NCBI GenBank assembly: GCA_963758295.1
Contig: CAVWUU010000004.1
Coordinates: forward strand, 896,001 to 960,000
Length of the DNA stretch: 64,000 bases
Direction of reading: 5' to 3'
From: Candidatus Eremiobacteria bacterium
GTDB lineage: Bacteria; Vulcanimicrobiota; Vulcanimicrobiia; Vulcanimicrobiales; Vulcanimicrobiaceae
Part shown: positions 60,587 through 64,000 of the stretch, in pieces
Position numbering within the stretch: position 1 is the stretch's first letter
Layout: each line of letters opens with the position of its first letter
Notes under the pieces: generated by a model
Database searches by the model: none
Told to the model about the DNA's origin: nothing
Seen by the model: the letters and a program-made list of their open reading frames with translations, nothing else
Program-made: the position numbers and the translations under genes

Positions 60587-61138
60587 ATGAAGGTACGGGA
60601 GTTGCCCGGAGCCTTTGCCCTCGGCCTGCTAGCTTCGGTCCTCGGCCACTCGGCCGCGTATGGAAACGGGCACACCATGGGCGGCCCCTACCACAGTCTT
60701 TTGATCGCGCTGGTCGATGCCGGCGTGGGCGCATTCGTGCTGGCCGCGATTGCCTTAGCATGGTCCTGCGCAGGGCGATGCCTCGACGGAAGCGTCTTAG
60801 CAGCACGCCTTGCAACCTGCCTGCCGGGCATCCCCTTGTTAGGTCTAGCCACGACCGGCTGGTACTGCTTGTTCGAAAGCATCGAAGGTGCGCATGCCGA
60901 CGACCCGCTGCTCTTAATCGCGCTCGCCCTCGGTCTTGCAGTAGTCGTCGTCCACGCCGCGGCAACCGCCGCCATCGCGGCCGTGGCAAAACTCGTCCTC
61001 GCCATCTTCAGGAACGCCTTCGTTCAGCGAACACGGGTCTGGCTATCGTGCTTCGAACTGCCGGTTTTCGTATCGCGAATCGCCACAAGCCGCAAGCTTT
61101 TCGTTCGCCCGCCTCCTTGCATGACGGTCTGCGCCTAA
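60587..61138 (+). CDS. His-containing membrane protein ending in RPPP (putative leader/sensor of the TonB receptor)
   Basis: About four hydrophobic helices; GHSAAYGNGHTMGGPYH and EGAH; C-terminal KLFVRPPPCMTVCA. Confidence 0.72.
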   Translation: MKVRELPGAFALGLLASVLGHSAAYGNGHTMGGPYHSLLIALVDAGVGAFVLAAIALAWSCAGRCLDGSVLAARLATCLPGIPLLGLATTGWYCLFESIEGAHADDPLLLIALALGLAVVVVHAAATAAIAAVAKLVLAIFRNAFVQRTRVWLSCFELPVFVSRIATSRKLFVRPPPCMTVCA

Positions 61139-61186
61139 GGCGCTCCCCAGCTATCGTCACTAAAACTACATTTAATCGAGGAGAAC

Positions 61187-63576
61187 ATGCAACGATTGCT
61201 CGCGGCGTTCGTCGCCGTCTTGTTCTTTTGGTGCGCGCTGCCTGCGTCTGCTGCAACCAGCGGCGTCGTGCGAGGCACCGTGGTCTTCAAGAACAAACCC
61301 CAGGCCGGCGCAGCCGTTTCGCTTACCGGCGAAGGCTCGCGCTTCTCTACCACTACAAACGCGAACGGTGAGTTCGTCTTTCCGGAAGTGCCGTTCGGTC
61401 ACTATCACGTAACGATTCACTCGAGCGGTGCGGCCGATCGCACGATCGACATCGACGTCAGCAGCGACTCGGTCGCGCGCGTCGACGTGTCGCTCGACCA
61501 GCTCAAAGAAATCGCCAACACCAATGTCACCGCGCATGCCGGAGTGGGCGGAACGCCGGTATCCGTGACCGCCGTTTCGCGCGCGCAAATCGCCACGTCG
61601 CCGAACCGGGACAGCCTCGACCGGTTGATTCAAACGGTTCCCGGGATCGTGCGTTTTTCGTACAACGAGCCGGTAGCGCACGGCTTTCACGGCTTGACCT
61701 ATGAAATCGACGGGGCGCCGCTTCCGCAAGCGACGTCTTCCAACTTTGCTGAGTTGATCGATCCGAAGTCGATCGATTCACTCGAAATTTTCACGGGCGC
61801 CATGCCGGCGGAATACGGCGGCAGCCGCGCCGGCGCCATCGTCAACGTCGTGACCAGCCGCCTTTCCGACGTGCCACCGGGCGCATACGGGACGGTGAGC
61901 CTTGGCGGCGGCAACTACGCTTCCGCCGTCGGCAGCATGAACGAACTCGCGCGTTTCGGGAACACCGAAGTCTCCCTCAATCTGAACACGCAGCGCACCG
62001 CTCGCGGCATCGATGCGCCGACGTATCAACCGATTCACGACGACTCGTCGCAAAGCGATGGCTTTTTGCGAGTCATCACGCAGCTCAATCGCGCAATCGA
62101 CGCTGGCGTTCGATCTGTCAAATCAGTTCGCGCAGTTTCAGATCCCCATCAACACGGATTCCAATAATCCGAACGACCCAATCTTTCAGGTTCCGGGCAC
62201 GGACGACGTGCAGCGGGAGTACGACCGCTTCTTCAACCTGAATTACACGCGGAGTTCGAAGGACGGCAACAGCGTTTTCCAGCTGATTCCCTGGGTCCGG
62301 TACACCCGCGTTGCGTATGAAGGCGATCTGCCAAACGACGTACTTGCTCTTGCGCCCAATGGCTCTACCGATCCGAACGCTCCGGCGTTTGCCCAGCAGG
62401 TTGGCCTTGCGCAAGATAGGCGCGCGACGTACACCGGGTTGCGCATGTCCCAGCTGCACACCTCAGAACACCACAACGTGAAGGTGGGGCTCGACGCAAG
62501 CCGCGAGAACTTCGACGCGACGCAACTCTTCGGTTGCTACTCTGCAGATTGTAATCTGGCGCCGTCTACTCCGCCGCCCGCTCCGCCGTCGCCGCCTGGA
62601 TACTTCGGCTTTTCGACTGCGCAGCAACGTGCCGGATCGCAAATCGGACTTGTACGCGCAAGATCAATGGGAGCCGTCGCGCAGCCTCGCAGTTAACTAC
62701 GGCCTCCGGTACGATCATTCCACGGGATACACCGGCGGGTGGCAACTCAGCCCGCGCATCGGCTTCAATCTCTCCGATGGCGACCGCAACATCTCCACGC
62801 GTACTACGGCCGCTTCTACGCTGCACCGCAGTTGGAAGACGTGCGGCAAGATTGCGTTCTTTTTAGCGGATGCACGGGATCGCCGGCGTACGACTTAAAG
62901 CCCGAAGCGCGACTCTTACCTGGAAATGGGCGTCGCGCACACCTTCAACGCACACATGAAGGGTTACGTGAACGTTTTCAAGCGCACGGCCGTGAACGTA
63001 TTGGATACGACGCAGTTCTTGAACACACCGCTCTTCGCGGTATTCAACAACGCAATCGGTGAAGACACCGGCGTGGAATTCCGGTTAGAGGACTCTTCGC
63101 ACTCCGGCGACTCGTGGTTCCTCAGCGGCACCGTATCGGGATCGTATGCGGGCGGCATCTCCGGTTCGACGTTTCTGTTTCCGCCGGACGTGAACGGCGG
63201 ATTGCCGCTCACGTCGCCCGCGCAGCTTGCCCCCGAAGACCACGATCAAACGGTCGCGCGATCGAGAGGATACACGCACCGCTTCGGCGCCGGTCACGCA
63301 TGGTATGGGAGCCTGCAGGCAAACTACGGCACCGGCTATCCGGTCGAGTTTGAAAGCACGAACCAAGATCTAAGTGGGCGTTTGCCCTCGCACACGACCT
63401 TTGACCTCGGCTTCGGAAGGACGCTGCCGATCGACGCACGGCGCGGGCTCGGCGTGAGTCTCGACGTCGAAAACCTGTTGAACCATCAGTACGTCATCAA
63501 GATTGCCAACGGCTTCAACACGACGCAAATCGGGAGCGGCCGGCGGATTTTATTTCGCATAACCGCTCCCTTTTAG
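61187..63576 (+). CDS. TonB-dependent receptor with N-terminal carboxypeptidase-regulatory-like domain (several frameshifts)
   Basis: GAGGAG RBS; signal peptide; GVVRGTV..TTNANGEF.F..VPFG.Y; plug IDSLEIFTGAMPAEYG...GAIVNVVT; GLRYD, LSPRIG, VENLLN; terminal F. Confidence 0.9.
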
Positions 63577-63579
63577 AGG

Positions 63580-64000
63580 CTACTTCAGGTTGACCTGAAT
63601 CATGACGCTGCGGGGACGCGCATAGTGCGTTCCCTGCAGCGAGTTGTCCAGCGTCAACGCATAGCGGTCGTCGAACAAGTTCGCGATCGCGAGCGACATC
63701 GTGGCATGCGGCGAAAGCTGCACGCCTTTTTCCGCGTTGAAGATCAAATGCGGCGGAACTTTGCAGTTAATAACGTTCCCGTTGCAGTTTGCGGGGTCGG
63801 TCGAAAGACCGCTGCCGTACTCGCCGTTGAACGAGAACCAGCCGCCGTGCGTGTCGTTTAACAGCACGCCGCCATTGGCGTCCCAACGTTGATCGTGATC
63901 CGACTGCACGAACATGCCGCCCGGCAGAGCGCCGGCCGCGCAGTTCTGCAACAGCTGTGTTTCGCAGTTTTCGCTGTTTTGCGCCATGCTGTGCGTTAGC
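63580..64000 (-). CDS. C-terminal part of a second TonB-dependent receptor (5' end outside the window)
   Basis: SDHDQRW, YGSGL, IANLFDDRY...YARPRSV; similar to the C-terminus of the neighbouring receptor. Confidence 0.8.
   Translation of the reverse strand, partial: LTHSMAQNSENCETQLLQNCAAGALPGGMFVQSDHDQRWDANGGVLLNDTHGGWFSFNGEYGSGLSTDPANCNGNVINCKVPPHLIFNAEKGVQLSPHATMSLAIANLFDDRYALTLDNSLQGTHYARPRSVMIQVNLK

Overview
64-kb, roughly 60% GC bacterial chromosomal segment. It mixes Terrabacteria-type genes (ymdB-spoVS, DUF4127) with outer-membrane TonB-dependent receptors and many 'ACGGG' lipoproteins. My inference is a diderm soil lineage such as Ca. Eremiobacterota/Vulcanimicrobiota, probably from an error-prone metagenomic or long-read assembly, because even metK and ahcY are frameshifted. 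Contents: methylmalonyl-CoA mutase/epimerase; a tightly coupled peptidoglycan-recycling operon (ABC ATPase-nagZ-serine hydrolase-anmK-sugar kinase-murQ-DUF4127); stress/repair genes; a PadR + duplicated permease pair; a small ketosynthase/SRPBCC/FAD-oxidoreductase/methyltransferase cluster; a phage-free operon of two large lipoproteins, three tail-collar proteins and a collar-domain lipoprotein; a CVNH-repeat protein; a degraded island at tRNA-Asn (mazEF, orphan HTH antitoxin, toxin and integrase remnants); ahcY-metK; an M16 peptidase; and two TonB-dependent receptors. The most novel-looking candidates are (1) a His-containing membrane leader ending in RPPP whose codons can pair with the RBS of the downstream TonB receptor (putative arrest-peptide sensor), (2) the tail-collar/lipoprotein surface-fibre operon, and (3) the ACP-less KS-cyclase cluster. 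All calls are from motif recognition by eye; no searches were run.
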